From Podarcis tiliguerta (taxonomy: Eukaryota), in assembly GCA_965153285.1 (NCBI GenBank), contig OZ229114.1: DNA of 64,000 nucleotides; one strand, 5' to 3'. Of this stretch, positions 51,014 through 62,544 are shown piece by piece. Numbering within the stretch: position 1 is the first letter of the stretch; each line of letters starts with the position of its first letter. The translations under genes and the position numbers were made by a program. A model generated the notes under the pieces. The model was not told the origin of the DNA. It made no database searches and saw only the letters and a list, made by a program, of their open reading frames with translations.

Positions 51014-54000
51014 TAGGCAGAAGTGCTTTAAGTGTACCCAAAGGCTCAGACATGCACATTGGGTTTTAAACTCTTCCCCCACCCCCTTTGAACAAAAGAT
51101 GCCATACTGTATATCTTTTGCTTTTGAAAGTCCCTCCATGTAGATTGGGGAAATACTCTTCAAGAAACAACCCCAGCCATAATTTATACCTTACGCAGTT
51201 CTTCGGGCTGAGGCAAACTACCACTGTTTTACTAACCACAAGTCTGAAATGGCACACAAGTAATAAGTAATATAAAGGCAGGAGGAAATGCAGAAGAGAG
51301 AACTTAATTATGACTGGGCATGGAAAACAGAATTGTTTAACCATGAAAGAAAACTGCAAGAAAGAAGTAACTTATAGGGGGTAAATATACTAATTTATGA
51401 TTCTGGTCTTCAAAGAAATAAAATGAATGAATACTGGTATATTTGTCATCAAGGAGAGAACCATGTCAAAATAGTAAGATGAAACAATAGTTTTGCTATG
51501 GTGGTGACTCATGTATAGTTCTTTAATTTGAACCTAGTGTGGGCAAGAAAATCCTGCCCAACCTCCCTGTAATGCCTGAATTCCTTCAACATCTCATGGC
51601 ACAAAATGTAATACCCTTGATTATTTTTTTCATTAGCAGATCTGGGCACTTGCTGAGCTGCTGGTGCTGCTTGAGTAGGTCCTAGAAAGAAATCAGAAAA
51701 GCTGAAGCAACAGTTCTGTGAATGCATATCAATAAAAAAGAAAACATTGTGCACCATCACTAGAACTGGAACAGTTTTGCCTCTTGGGAAGACAATAAAT
51801 TATGACTATGTTAAAAATCAAATGAGGCAGGAGGAACACATGGAAAGTGGACTCCATGTTGTTCCCTCTAAGGGAATCTTTTTGATGCAAGAGAAGGCCC
51901 TTCTTTTGTTGAGATCAAAGGCGAAGGGAAAAAAAATCCCTTTCACTTTGATGGGGATGGTACCAATTAGTATGATTTTACTAGATCAGGTTTTGGGGAA
52001 ACTTTGCAAATAGGCTCGATTGCACCAATTGAGATGTTGTTGTTGATACTGCTGTTGCTGCTGCTTTAGCCTCAGTTGTGTGCACACTCACTTGGGGGCA
52101 AGCCCCACTGAATACTATCAGGCTTACATCCAAGTGAACATATTGTACATGGAACTGCACTGTTAAAATTGCTCTTAAAATGATGTGAAGCCATGCTTGC
52201 CAGCTTACAGTAAGGTGAATTTGTCTATTTTGATTCTATAGCACCTTCACATTTTGTTTTACCCATATTCATATTCCATTCCATTTCTACATTAAAATGA
52301 CACGTATAGAGAGTACTTTAAAAATATGTATTTAATGGTGAAGACCTGCATCACAGAAGTGCAAAATCTGGTAGACAGCTAAGTTCCAATCCAAGATGTG
52401 CGGATTAGGCCGTTTCTGAGAGAAATTTGCAAAAGTTGACTTTCTTAGTCATCCCTGGTTTACAGTATAAATTATAAACGTCCACAGCTCTGTAGTTTCC
52501 ATGATTTTGAGGGTAAAAAACAACAACCCTGGGTATTTAGGGCTCAGAATAGCTCCATGTAATATGCCCATATTGTGAAACTTTTTTAGATTTATAAAGT
52601 CCTGTGCTTAAGTTGGAATACTGAGTCCTATATTATAATAATTTGTTTATAATGCTTATAAATGTTTAATATGTTCCCTTATGATCCTTTTTTACCTTTC
52701 CTAGAACAGTAATTTTACTGTGAAGACTGAGCCCTTGTAAAAATGTTTTATCATCCCTTTAAACTGAATTAAGATCACATAATGAATTCTAGGAGCACGG
52801 AAGCATATTTTATATCATTTCAATCCATTTTTTTATTTTATGTAATCTATACTAGACAAATATTTTTTAAAAAATTCTTAGGAGCTAGTGCTGTCTGATT
52901 CTATGCAACGTTTCCACGGTAACTGGAGGAAGCAGATAACCCTTCTCCCTGATGTCTCCAACTGTACACAGGAAAGGCAAGAAAAGCCAATAAAATGAAA
53001 AGAAATGGAAAAACTCTTGATGTAGAAGCTGCAATGCTACATATTATGGGAAGGCTGGAATATGAATGAGAAAATTAATTGAATGCTTCTAGGCTAGTCA
53101 ATAGATGAGTAACATATTATATAGATAAATACTTTATTTGCAATGAATCTGCTTTGCAACAAATAATGGCTAGACATTTTTCAACTGATGCTGTCTTATT
53201 TTGAGAGCTGCATGCTGCATTACAAATGTCCCAGCTCCCAGTGAGGATGCTTGTCCATTGACATTTGCAGAGCCAGATAATATCCATATTGCTGTGTATA
53301 AAGTTTGCAGTAGTTCTGTAGCCATTACAAATGCATTGCTTTTAAGACCTGGTTAACCCCTCCCCTTTATTCCTGTTTATTATAAAATGTTTCTAGCAGT
53401 TCCATTGTGTATGACACATAAACATTACCTGAGCCATATTGAAAGGGAGCATGTAGCCTTCATGTCACATCCAGATGTTTCTGTCAGTAAGTGAAGTTGA
53501 ATCTGTGTAAAAGCGAGGGCAGGAAATTTAGGGCTAGGAAACCTGCTTAGTCTATTCTGTGTGCAAAATCAGATTTTAGTGTGAGAAACAAGAGTGTTGG
53601 CCCAGTTGAACCCAATGTGGTTCCATGAAAATTTCCAAATATGACTAGGACAGGTCATCAATATTAGAAGGTTTAGTGCTCCATGTTGGGAGTCTGAAAA
53701 TATTGATCTAGGCTACAATCCAAAAACAGGTTACTGAAGTGTAGGGCTACAAAACCAATATGGCTAATCCTGAGTAAGACGTTTGTGGACTAACCGTAGT
53801 GCATAATAAGAGTCTGTGTAAAGTTCTGTGGTCATAAAACATCATTTATGTTACCAAAACAGTTTTTCCTTTTGTAGTATAGAAGTATGAATTACCTTGA
53901 CAATTGAAACTGATGTCAAGTTGGCATGAAGGGCAAGCAGAACCACAGAGCAGAAATAAAATATAAGGCAGCTCTGGCTATGGTCAGCAGTTTTGTAAAT

Positions 54001-54604
54001 TAGTACTTCTGGAAGAAACACCCCAGAACAATTTTAGAAAATACCTGTTGTTTTAGCTCAGTGTGTCACATATGAGAAAGCATTGGTGCACATGTTATCC
54101 TTGGAGATTCTCCTTAGCTTTTAAAAATGAAAGTTCTATGACAACCATTCTAGTTTCCCTCCAAAATGTAACATTACTATAGTGCTACTGGACGTCCAGT
54201 CATCATTGTACTCAGCATGGTATTGTCACAGAATCCTGTTTGAGGTGGAACTGGATTGTGAACTTTAAACAACCGCCTTGCTGTGTATGCCAAGATTGAT
54301 CAGGTCTGAGACACACTGCCTAGGGATCTTTCTTTGCAAAAGGAGAATGCAAGTTCAAAGCTTTATTTCCTAAAAATCAATATTACACAGTTGGGACTTT
54401 TCTTTTCCTTTTGACTTCTGGAACATCCAAATGGCTTGGGCAGTTGACACGATCACTCCTGAATGCCCTCTTCTGCTTTGTGGAGCCCATTTAGCTCCCT
54501 GATATACTCCAGAACTTAGGGTGAGGAAACAAGCTGGGAGAAAGCTTGAATGTGAAAGAATGAAAACTCCAGTCAAATGCAGTCAAATACTGGCGAGGGC
54601 TCAT

Positions 54605-55050
54605 TATTGAGCCAGCCTAGTGACAGTGAAGGCATACTTTGCAGCCGCCATTGTATTCTCATTGTGCCGTCCAGCAGAGCTGTTATTGGGTAACGCAGGG
54701 CCTTTTACAGTCTGGCCTGAAGGAGGTGACAGAACTGACGGTAGCTCATGTGACTTGTTTGCAAAGCATTTTGAGGATAAAATTGCTTGCATCCGCTGGG
54801 ACCTTGACTCCACTGTTACAGCAGATGAATCTTGAGAGATGTCCAGAGCACTGTCCAAACCTGCTATGTTACTAAGGTTCAAAAATACGGCAAAGGTGTG
54901 TGGATCAGTCAGGGTGACCACTTGCACGCTAGGCTCTTGCCCCTCTTGGCTGATAAAAACTAGCAGGGAGGGGACACCTTCCTGAGCCAGAGAGGTGATG
55001 AATGCCTCTTGTGAGAAGGGGTGGGCCCTGCCTGCTTGAAGGAGGCTTCT
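54605..55050 (+). mobile_element. L2-type LINE ORF2 internal fragment (upstream of RT)
   Basis: VKAYFAAAI..RPAEL..CDLFAKHFEDKIACIRWDLDS and GSVRVTTCTLGSCPSWLIK..EVMNAS motifs. Confidence 0.8.
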
Positions 55051-55147
55051 CCACCCAAATTGCCTTCTCTCAATTGGCACTGACGCAGAACTGCCTTTAT
55101 ACACACATGGGATGGTTAAGCACTTTCATTTGTCACAGGATCTAGAT

Positions 55148-55283
55148 CAGGCTTCCTCAACCTTGGCTCTCCAGATGTTTTGAGACTACAATTCCCATCA
55201 TCCCTGACCACTGGTCCTGCTAGCTAGGGATCATGGGAGTTGTAGGCCAAAAACATCTGGAGGGCTGAGCTTGAGGAAGCCTG
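55148..55283. mobile_element. 136-bp palindromic hAT MITE
   Basis: TIR caggcttcctcaa / ttgaggaagcctg with the whole body self-complementary. 8-bp TSD atctagat / atctagaa. Confidence 0.92.
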
Positions 55284-57152
55284 ATCTAGAATGCCACTGG
55301 GCTGAAAAATGCATGGGAACATACTCCATTTCCATAGGCCCACAGTTGGTAGTATAGTAAAACAAAGCAGAAAATGTCTGGCTTACCTGTTTGCTCATCT
55401 GCAAGGCTACATCTGCTTATTTCCTTCTTAGCCCTCTGCAAGCAAAAAAACCATTTGCTCACATACACACATACACATTTTGGCGGTTTTAAGGCTGACC
55501 TGCTTGTACAAAGATTTGTCAATGCAACTGGGTTTTAAAAATGAAAAGATAAAATAGAGTAGAATAAATATGCTTGATACATGTTTTTAAAAGCATTATA
55601 TATGAATATAGTATAGGCATAAATGCATCTAACAAGCAGTAGCTTACAAGGTTGTCAAATACACAATTTGACCTTAGTGCTTCTGCTTTTTACTGTTGCC
55701 AACTTACTAAAATCATACTAAAAAAAATTACAAAATGCATTTTAATCATGACAGTATAAAGCTATAAAAGCCAAGAACCTCATTTTTGTACCCACCCCGG
55801 GGTGGTGGCATTTGTAGTTCTGATAGAGTAGTATTTTAAAATATTCTTGGGGTATGCAGACATATAAATACCTATATTGGTTTTAAATCTAGCCCTTCTT
55901 AATTAAAATAGTTGGATTTTCTCCCCAATAGTAATTTATTTAACAATAGAAAACATAGTATATTTTGCTTTACACACTTCTATATTCGCAAAAGATCATT
56001 CAGTACAGAGAGGAGAAATGTACTGATTTTGGTTGAAGTGATATGGTCTGCCTCTACAACTGTTTAATTTAGCTAGGGACAAGTGGCACTTCCAATAATT
56101 GTATATGAAAAGCAATCTCTCACTTCAGTGTAATAGCCAATCTCCACTTTCCCATGAGGCCATCTCTGTCTGAATTCCCTTTTTAATGGACAGAAAGAGC
56201 ACTCGTACATTTCCAAAAATGAAAAAAAGAAAGAAAGTGAAATAAAAGATTTGCCTCTGGCAAATGATTAATACTAATGTGCAAAACTGGTTGTTTTCTT
56301 TTTCTCTCTTCCTCCACCCCTTTTTCTTCCGTTTCCCTCTGTTGTGGATACATTGGTCTTTATGAAAACCTTGCGAAATACATTTGAGAGGTAATGGTTT
56401 GTGAACTAAGGCTTGTTTCAAATGTAATGCTAGTGGTATGGTAGTGGCCCAAAGGCTTCCGCATGAGTGGAGCTCCATACGGTCAGTGTTCACATTTGTG
56501 AACACATTTGCAGTTATTTGGTGACATGCAATGTGAGTGTCCTAGTTCTGACTTTGACCTTGCTGTTGCCCTGCCCCATTGCAATTAGCAGCAGGGACAT
56601 CACTCTGGGGAGGCCTGCTCCGCAAGGCACTCCTACCCCCTAGCCGCTCATGACTATATAAGTGCATGGCAACAAAGGGCTGCAACAACGTGTGAGGCTA
56701 GATTAATGTCTTTTACATTTCTCAGGCTCCACCCTTCCTTTCTGAATGAGAGGAATTCCTTTTAATTTGCATCCAAAATTGGGAAGGGGAATGATGCTGA
56801 TGTAAAGACTGCTTACCAGCTTCTGTTGGAACAGAGGTTGTGGCCCAGCAAGAACATGGGTGAGACCGGGGGGGGAGGGGAGCTTCTGCTGCCCACAGGG
56901 CCACTGGATGACACTGGCTCCTCCTCTTTCCACGGGATAGATCCCTCTCCCTCTCCCTGATCCAAAGAAATAGGGTACCCCAGCAAAGAGGTCTGGGGAG
57001 GCGTTGTGTGTGTCTGAATACCCTGATGGGGCTTGATGGGCCACAGATGCCACCCCAAACAGCATCCTGGAGGAACCACCTGGATTTGACATGTGTCATA
57101 GGTCGGTCCTTAAACCAGGATTGATCTTGATGGGGCCAGTCAAACTCGAATA

Positions 57153-57394
57153 CAGTGGTACCTTGGGTTAAGTACTTAATTTGTTCCGGAGGTCCGTTCT
57201 TAACCTGAAACTGTTCTTAACCTGAAGCACCACTTTAGCTAATGGGACCTCCTGCTGCCGCCATGCCACCGTAGCACGATTTCTGTTCTCATCCTGAAGC
57301 AAAGTTCTTAACCCGAGGTACTATTTCTGGGTTAGCGGAGCCTGTAACCTGAAGCGTCTGTAACCTGAAACGTATGTAACCTGAGGTACCACTG
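57153..57394. mobile_element. 242-bp Tigger/pogo-like MITE
   Basis: TA-cagtggtacct ... aggtaccactg-TA. Sister of 48573-48814. Confidence 0.92.
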
Positions 57395-59917
57395 TACAGG
57401 GGAAAAGGCCTCCTGTTTGAAGTCCAAACAGGACAGGGGACACTTTTGTTCAAAAATGGGGAGATCCTATGGAATATGTCTTTCTCTTGCCTTTTTAGGA
57501 CAGTTTTCTTTTCCTCTTAACTGAATTATGGAAAAATCTTTCCCACATCTCTTTTGAAGGGTCACCAGAGGCCAGATAGATTGCTTTGTATTTGCATTCA
57601 ATGAGTGACCAGTTGGCTTTCACATCTGCAGTGCTAGTTAAAAACAGCAATGCAAAGTTGATTAGAATTACTTTAATTCTTAACTGGAACTTGTAAATAT
57701 AGTTGGTAGTCTCCTAAAAGCTGTTCCTATTCATCATAGGATCAGGTCATTATTTGATTAAAAAAGTATCCAGTCAACTAATTCATCTTTGCCCCTTTGG
57801 GTAATAGGAAGAATATATTAGGCTACATATTCCCCAGCATAACTTCAGAGATTACAGCTTTTAAGTATCATGAATATGTATAAACTTCACATCAAAACCT
57901 AACGGTCATGAAAGATTGTTCTTTTTCCTTTCTTCTTTTTTCACTGATTGAGCATCTCTTAAGTTTTAGAATTTCTTTACACAGGTTGTTGGCCTGCATA
58001 GTTATTAAACACACTTGATAGTGCAATCCTGTACATGTCTGCTTAGAAGTAAGCCCTATTAAGTTCAATGAGATTTACTCCTAAGTAAGTGTATATAAGG
58101 CTGCAGCCTAAAACCATAGCCCTCACACTACCTGTACTAGTCTTACTGAAGCAAATGGAATTACTTTGCAGTAAGTGATTTGAGGATTGTCTCCCTGCCA
58201 TTTGAAATACATACTCCCAACTGCGGGGGAGTTTTCATGCTTAATGTTACGGAGAAAAAATATTCAATAGTTTGTCTGGAGGCTTCTTAATTTATTGACT
58301 GCATTTGTGTACACAGCTTTTCTGCCAATGCACTCAAAGGATGATGTATACAAAATTTAAAATAATGACATGGCTATCGATGGCAACTAGCTATGATGGC
58401 TATGCTTGGCCTCCACAGCTGGAGGCAGCAGTGTTGGAAAGCACAGTTGGGGAGATTGCTCTTATGTTCACATCCTGCTTGCTGATTTCCCGCAGGCATC
58501 TGATCAGCCTCTGTGGGAACAGGATGCTGTACTAGATGGGCCACTGGCCTGATCCAGCTGGCTCTTCTTTACGTTCTTATGACATGCAAACTAATACAGA
58601 AAGAAAAGGGGCTGGGGAAGGCAGAAGAAAACAACACTTTGATAAAACAGCTTCTGCTGGCCAGCCTCTAACAAAGTAAAATCTTCTTGCAGACAGGGTT
58701 TCAATTTGTGCTTTCTGTTGGACTGGATCCAAATTATATTGCTTTTGAGTTTGCTGCATGAGTAGCATGAATTAGTATATCACTCTGGCTTTTCAGGAAT
58801 GTGCCATCTGATTAGAGTTTTGAGTTGACGAAAGGATGCTTATATTCTGTTAATGGCTGCGGGTAGTTTCGTGAATGGACAATTTGCGGGTGGAGAAGAG
58901 CCCTATCCAGTAATTGTGGGGTTGTGTTTGGTAAACAGCTGCTGGAAAGAACAAGGAGAGGATGTTTATTCTCTGTGTGTTTAGTGTGGGGTTGCAACTC
59001 TTGGTTTATTCAGTTTTTATGGGGCATCCACACATTGTTGCCATTATTCAAACTGGAGAAGGTTTGGCTTAATTTTTGTTTATTCAAAGGGCTGAAGAGT
59101 AGTGCAGTCTTCTCAGCTGTAGCTGCCCTTAGGGCTTGCTGTAGCTGGTGGGAATTGTAGTCCAAAACATCTGGAGGGCACCTGATTTGTGAAGGCTAGT
59201 TTAGGGGCAGACACAAACATCAGGTGGTTCTGCATTTTGTGCTAAAAGGAGCAAAAGCTGGCCCCTAGGCTGGGCTCCTGTTGATGTCCTTAGCTCCCTA
59301 TACTGCATTGGTACAATGAACCATTTTGAAAAAAGCAAGGGAAATCTCTACAAAGTAAATCTGCGCCAGGGCCCAGGCAGCATTTTGGAGGCAGCAGCAG
59401 TGACTGCTTAAGCCATAGGGAACCAGCAGGCATGGCAGCAGGATCTGCCACCCCTGGATCATGGCAGGGTCTTGCCACCCGAGGCAATCGCCTGAGGATG
59501 CTTCATCATAATGCCGGCCCTGGGTGGGACATAACCTGGAAACCTAGAGGCAACATGTCCTGGGGCAGCCAAGTCACCCTATTTAGCACTGTTTTAGCTG
59601 TCAACTTCACTTAACAAAGCAAGCCTTTGCTCCAGCTGCAAAAGGAGGTCTCTGGGGTGAATTGAGATGTGGAGGGACCTCACGCCAAGGAGCGAACAGC
59701 CTGCCAGCTTTTTTCCAGAGGCCAGTGGCTTCTTTCCAGGGGTCAGTGGTTGCAAGAAGATTTCCAAGCACACTTGTACTTAAATGCCGCCCTCTAGCAA
59801 TAATTGTAGTCCTGTCTGGCCATGTCCATGGATGATTAGGAATGCCTGCAAACAGTTCCCTTGTCTTTAGTGTGGCATTACATGATCACAGTCTTTAATG
59901 CCTTTACAATATTTCCC

Positions 59918-60643
59918 TCATAGAATCATAGAGTTAGAAAGGACCTTGGGTGTCACTAATTCAGCTCCCTGTTCAGTGCAGGATCTGCATGACTGATGGC
60001 TGTCTAACCTCTGCTTGAGTCTCTCCAGTTTACCAGCCACCTCCACACTGATAGTCTTTTTCACTGATACTGTTGGAAAGTTTATCCTAATGTTAAATGA
60101 AATATTCATTGTGATTGGGCTGGCTTGAGGTTCTTGACATGCAAATGAAATATTCATTGCAATTTCCAACTACTGACTTGTCTTGTCCTCTGGAACAACG
60201 CCATACAGGTTTGCTATATCTTCTGCAGTATAGCCTTTTGGATATTTGAAAATCTCTTCCTCCCACAATAACAACAACCCTTCTCTTTACCAAGCTAAAC
60301 ATAGGCTGGATCTACACTCATCTCAAAAACACTAATAAAAAAAACACTATAAAAATATAGCTCCCAGTGGAATTTCCCATTGGCAACAGATTGCTGCTTT
60401 ACAGCACCCTCTGGTGTCACATTTCTATAACACATTTTTAATGTTATAACTCATCAGTGTAGATTAGTCCTTTCTCAGCTCTTCCACCCACTCATCATAG
60501 GACTTGATTTCCAGAGCTTTTCACCATTCTGGTCATTGGATATACTCCAGCTGATCAGTATCCTTCTTAAAGTGTGGTGTCCACAGTAGGACACAGTACT
60601 CCACATGTTCCCTTAGCATGCAGAATAGAGAGAAACTATTAAC
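59918..60643 (-). mobile_element. Old CR1 LINE 3' fragment interrupted by a MITE
   Basis: tcatagaatcatagag tail and degenerate similarity to the 36850-37587 copy (ggacacagtactcca, gcagaatag). Confidence 0.8.
60304..60470. mobile_element. MITE with ggctggatctacact / agtgtagattagtcc ends (PIF/Harbinger-like)
   Basis: Imperfect TIRs. It interrupts the CR1 sequence right after aagctaaacata. Confidence 0.6.
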
Positions 60644-62015
60644 TGCAATAGCTATATATCTATATCTATTATATATTTGATGAGAATGGTTACAATATAA
60701 AACCAAAACATGAGGCTTATTGGGAAATGCATGTATATGGTTATTTTAAAAGAGACCTTATTGTTGACTTTGCACTGGCAAGATAAATGCAGGATGCTAA
60801 TTTTCCTCAAGGTTAGTCTAAAATTGCATCTACCATGCTAGCTCCTCAGAAACAGGTACTACTGTGAAAATGAATGTAGAATTTGGGTTATGGTTTCTCT
60901 GACTTAGGAATTAAGTTTGCTATTCTGTTTCATGTACAAAACTCTGTATCCTGGTTTCTTCATTCAACACAGTGGTGCATTTATTAGGATGGTCTTCCCA
61001 CAGAACATTCCCTAACTTCAGCAGTTATGGATTCCCTTGAACCCCCAAACTCTGTTCAGCCAAGAATGGAGGTAACAAATAAACATTTGTGTTAATCAAT
61101 GAGATTTTTGCTGTCCTTCTGCTGTGTTTCTAGGGGAACCTCACATGGAACATCATAATAAGAAGAACTTTGTTTATATAAATCTTCATGTGTCATGACT
61201 TTTACCTTGATTTTCCTTGAGAGGCTTTCAATAGTGAGAGAGCATTAGCTACATACTTCCATATTTTCCTGGCCTTTATTGCCCTTTATTGCATTCCATA
61301 TCCATAGTGCTGCCATATCCATTATTAATCCATAGAAGGAATCTTGCACTATCAATGTAGATTAAACATTAAATACGTTAAAGGTCAAAGAAACCATCAC
61401 AATGAAGATAGATTGAGAGCTATCAAAGTCCAGAGAAGCACACTTGAGATTTGTGCTTTAGAGTTTTAAAAATGGAAGAATAATAGGAAAAAAAATTGTT
61501 CACAACTGCCTGCTGTGAAGCTTGGATGCAAAACTAAGTAGCAAATTTAAGCCAGGGTGGAGGGGAAGAAGGAATGGGTGGGCAGAGCAAGAATAATGTT
61601 GACCAGTCCTCTCTTCCTTAGTGCAGGGGGAGAAGGCAGAACCATCCAATGCCAGGGAAGCCCTTTCAATGCCCAAGGAAGGAGGAAGCCCCACAGCACA
61701 GACTGAGCAAACAAGGGAGAAGGAAAGCCATGCATTGCCTCTGATGCAACAGCAGCACCTTAAGAGGTTGTGCAGACCCAGCTCCCTAGAAGGAGTTCCC
61801 GGCATCAATCCAGGAGCTCTTGGTGGGACAGGCAGTTCTCATGAGTAGCTGTACTTTCCTTCCTGTTTAAAAGTGTGGCAGGTAAGCAGGGCCAATTGTT
61901 CATACAACTTCATGCTTCTGTGCAGTCTTAAGATCAGAACTCCTGATCTGAAGCCTTGACCCCCCTGGCCTTGTCCCTGAACTGCCTTCAGGGCATGGGT
62001 GTAGACAGGGGGCAG

Positions 62016-62016
<1 letters not shown>

Positions 62017-62067
<51 letters not shown>

Positions 62068-62544
62068 TAATAATAATATATTTATACAGTGGTGCCTCGC
62101 AAGACGAAAATAATCCGTTCCGCGAGTCTCTTCGTCTAGCGTTTTTTTCGTCTTGCGGATTAGCGGATTAGCGCTATTAGCGGTTTAGCGGCTATTAGCG
62201 GCTATTAAAGGCTTAAGGGGTTAGCGGATTAGCTGCTAAAAGGCTATTAGCAGCTTAGTGCCTTAGAAAAAGGGGGTGGGGAGCGAAAAAAAATCACAAG
62301 AATCGCAAGACATTTTCGTCTTGCAAAGCAAGCCCATAGAGAAATTCGTCCTGCGAAGCGCATTGAAAAACGGAAAACCCTTTCGTCTAGCGGGTTTTCC
62401 GTCTTGCGAGGCATTCGTCTTGCGGGGCACCACTGTACCCTGCCCATCTGGCTGCGTTTCCTCAGCCACTCTGGGCGGCTTCCAACAAAATATTAAAATA
62501 CAGTGGTACATACATTAAAATACATTAAAAGCTTCCCTAAACAG
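62017..62544 (-). mobile_element. LINE (probably L2) 3' tail with AAT-rich microsatellite (62017-62077), split by a MITE
   Basis: (aat)n..tttata | ccctgcccatctggctg..cagccactctgggcggcttccaacaaaatattaaaatac..cttccctaaacag. Confidence 0.7.
62087..62435. mobile_element. Tigger/pogo-like MITE, CpG-rich (young)
   Basis: TA-cagtggtgcctcgcaagacgaa ... ttcgtcttgcggggcaccactg-TA. Confidence 0.92.

Noticed and set aside
54604-55104. 166-aa minus-strand ORF
   Set aside because: It is the antisense frame of a decayed L2 ORF2 fragment on the + strand.
56600-57110. GC-richer segment with TATA-like ctatataag and three overlapping minus-strand ORFs (possible solo LTR)
   Set aside because: No TG...CA termini, TSD or recognisable protein motif could be established by eye.
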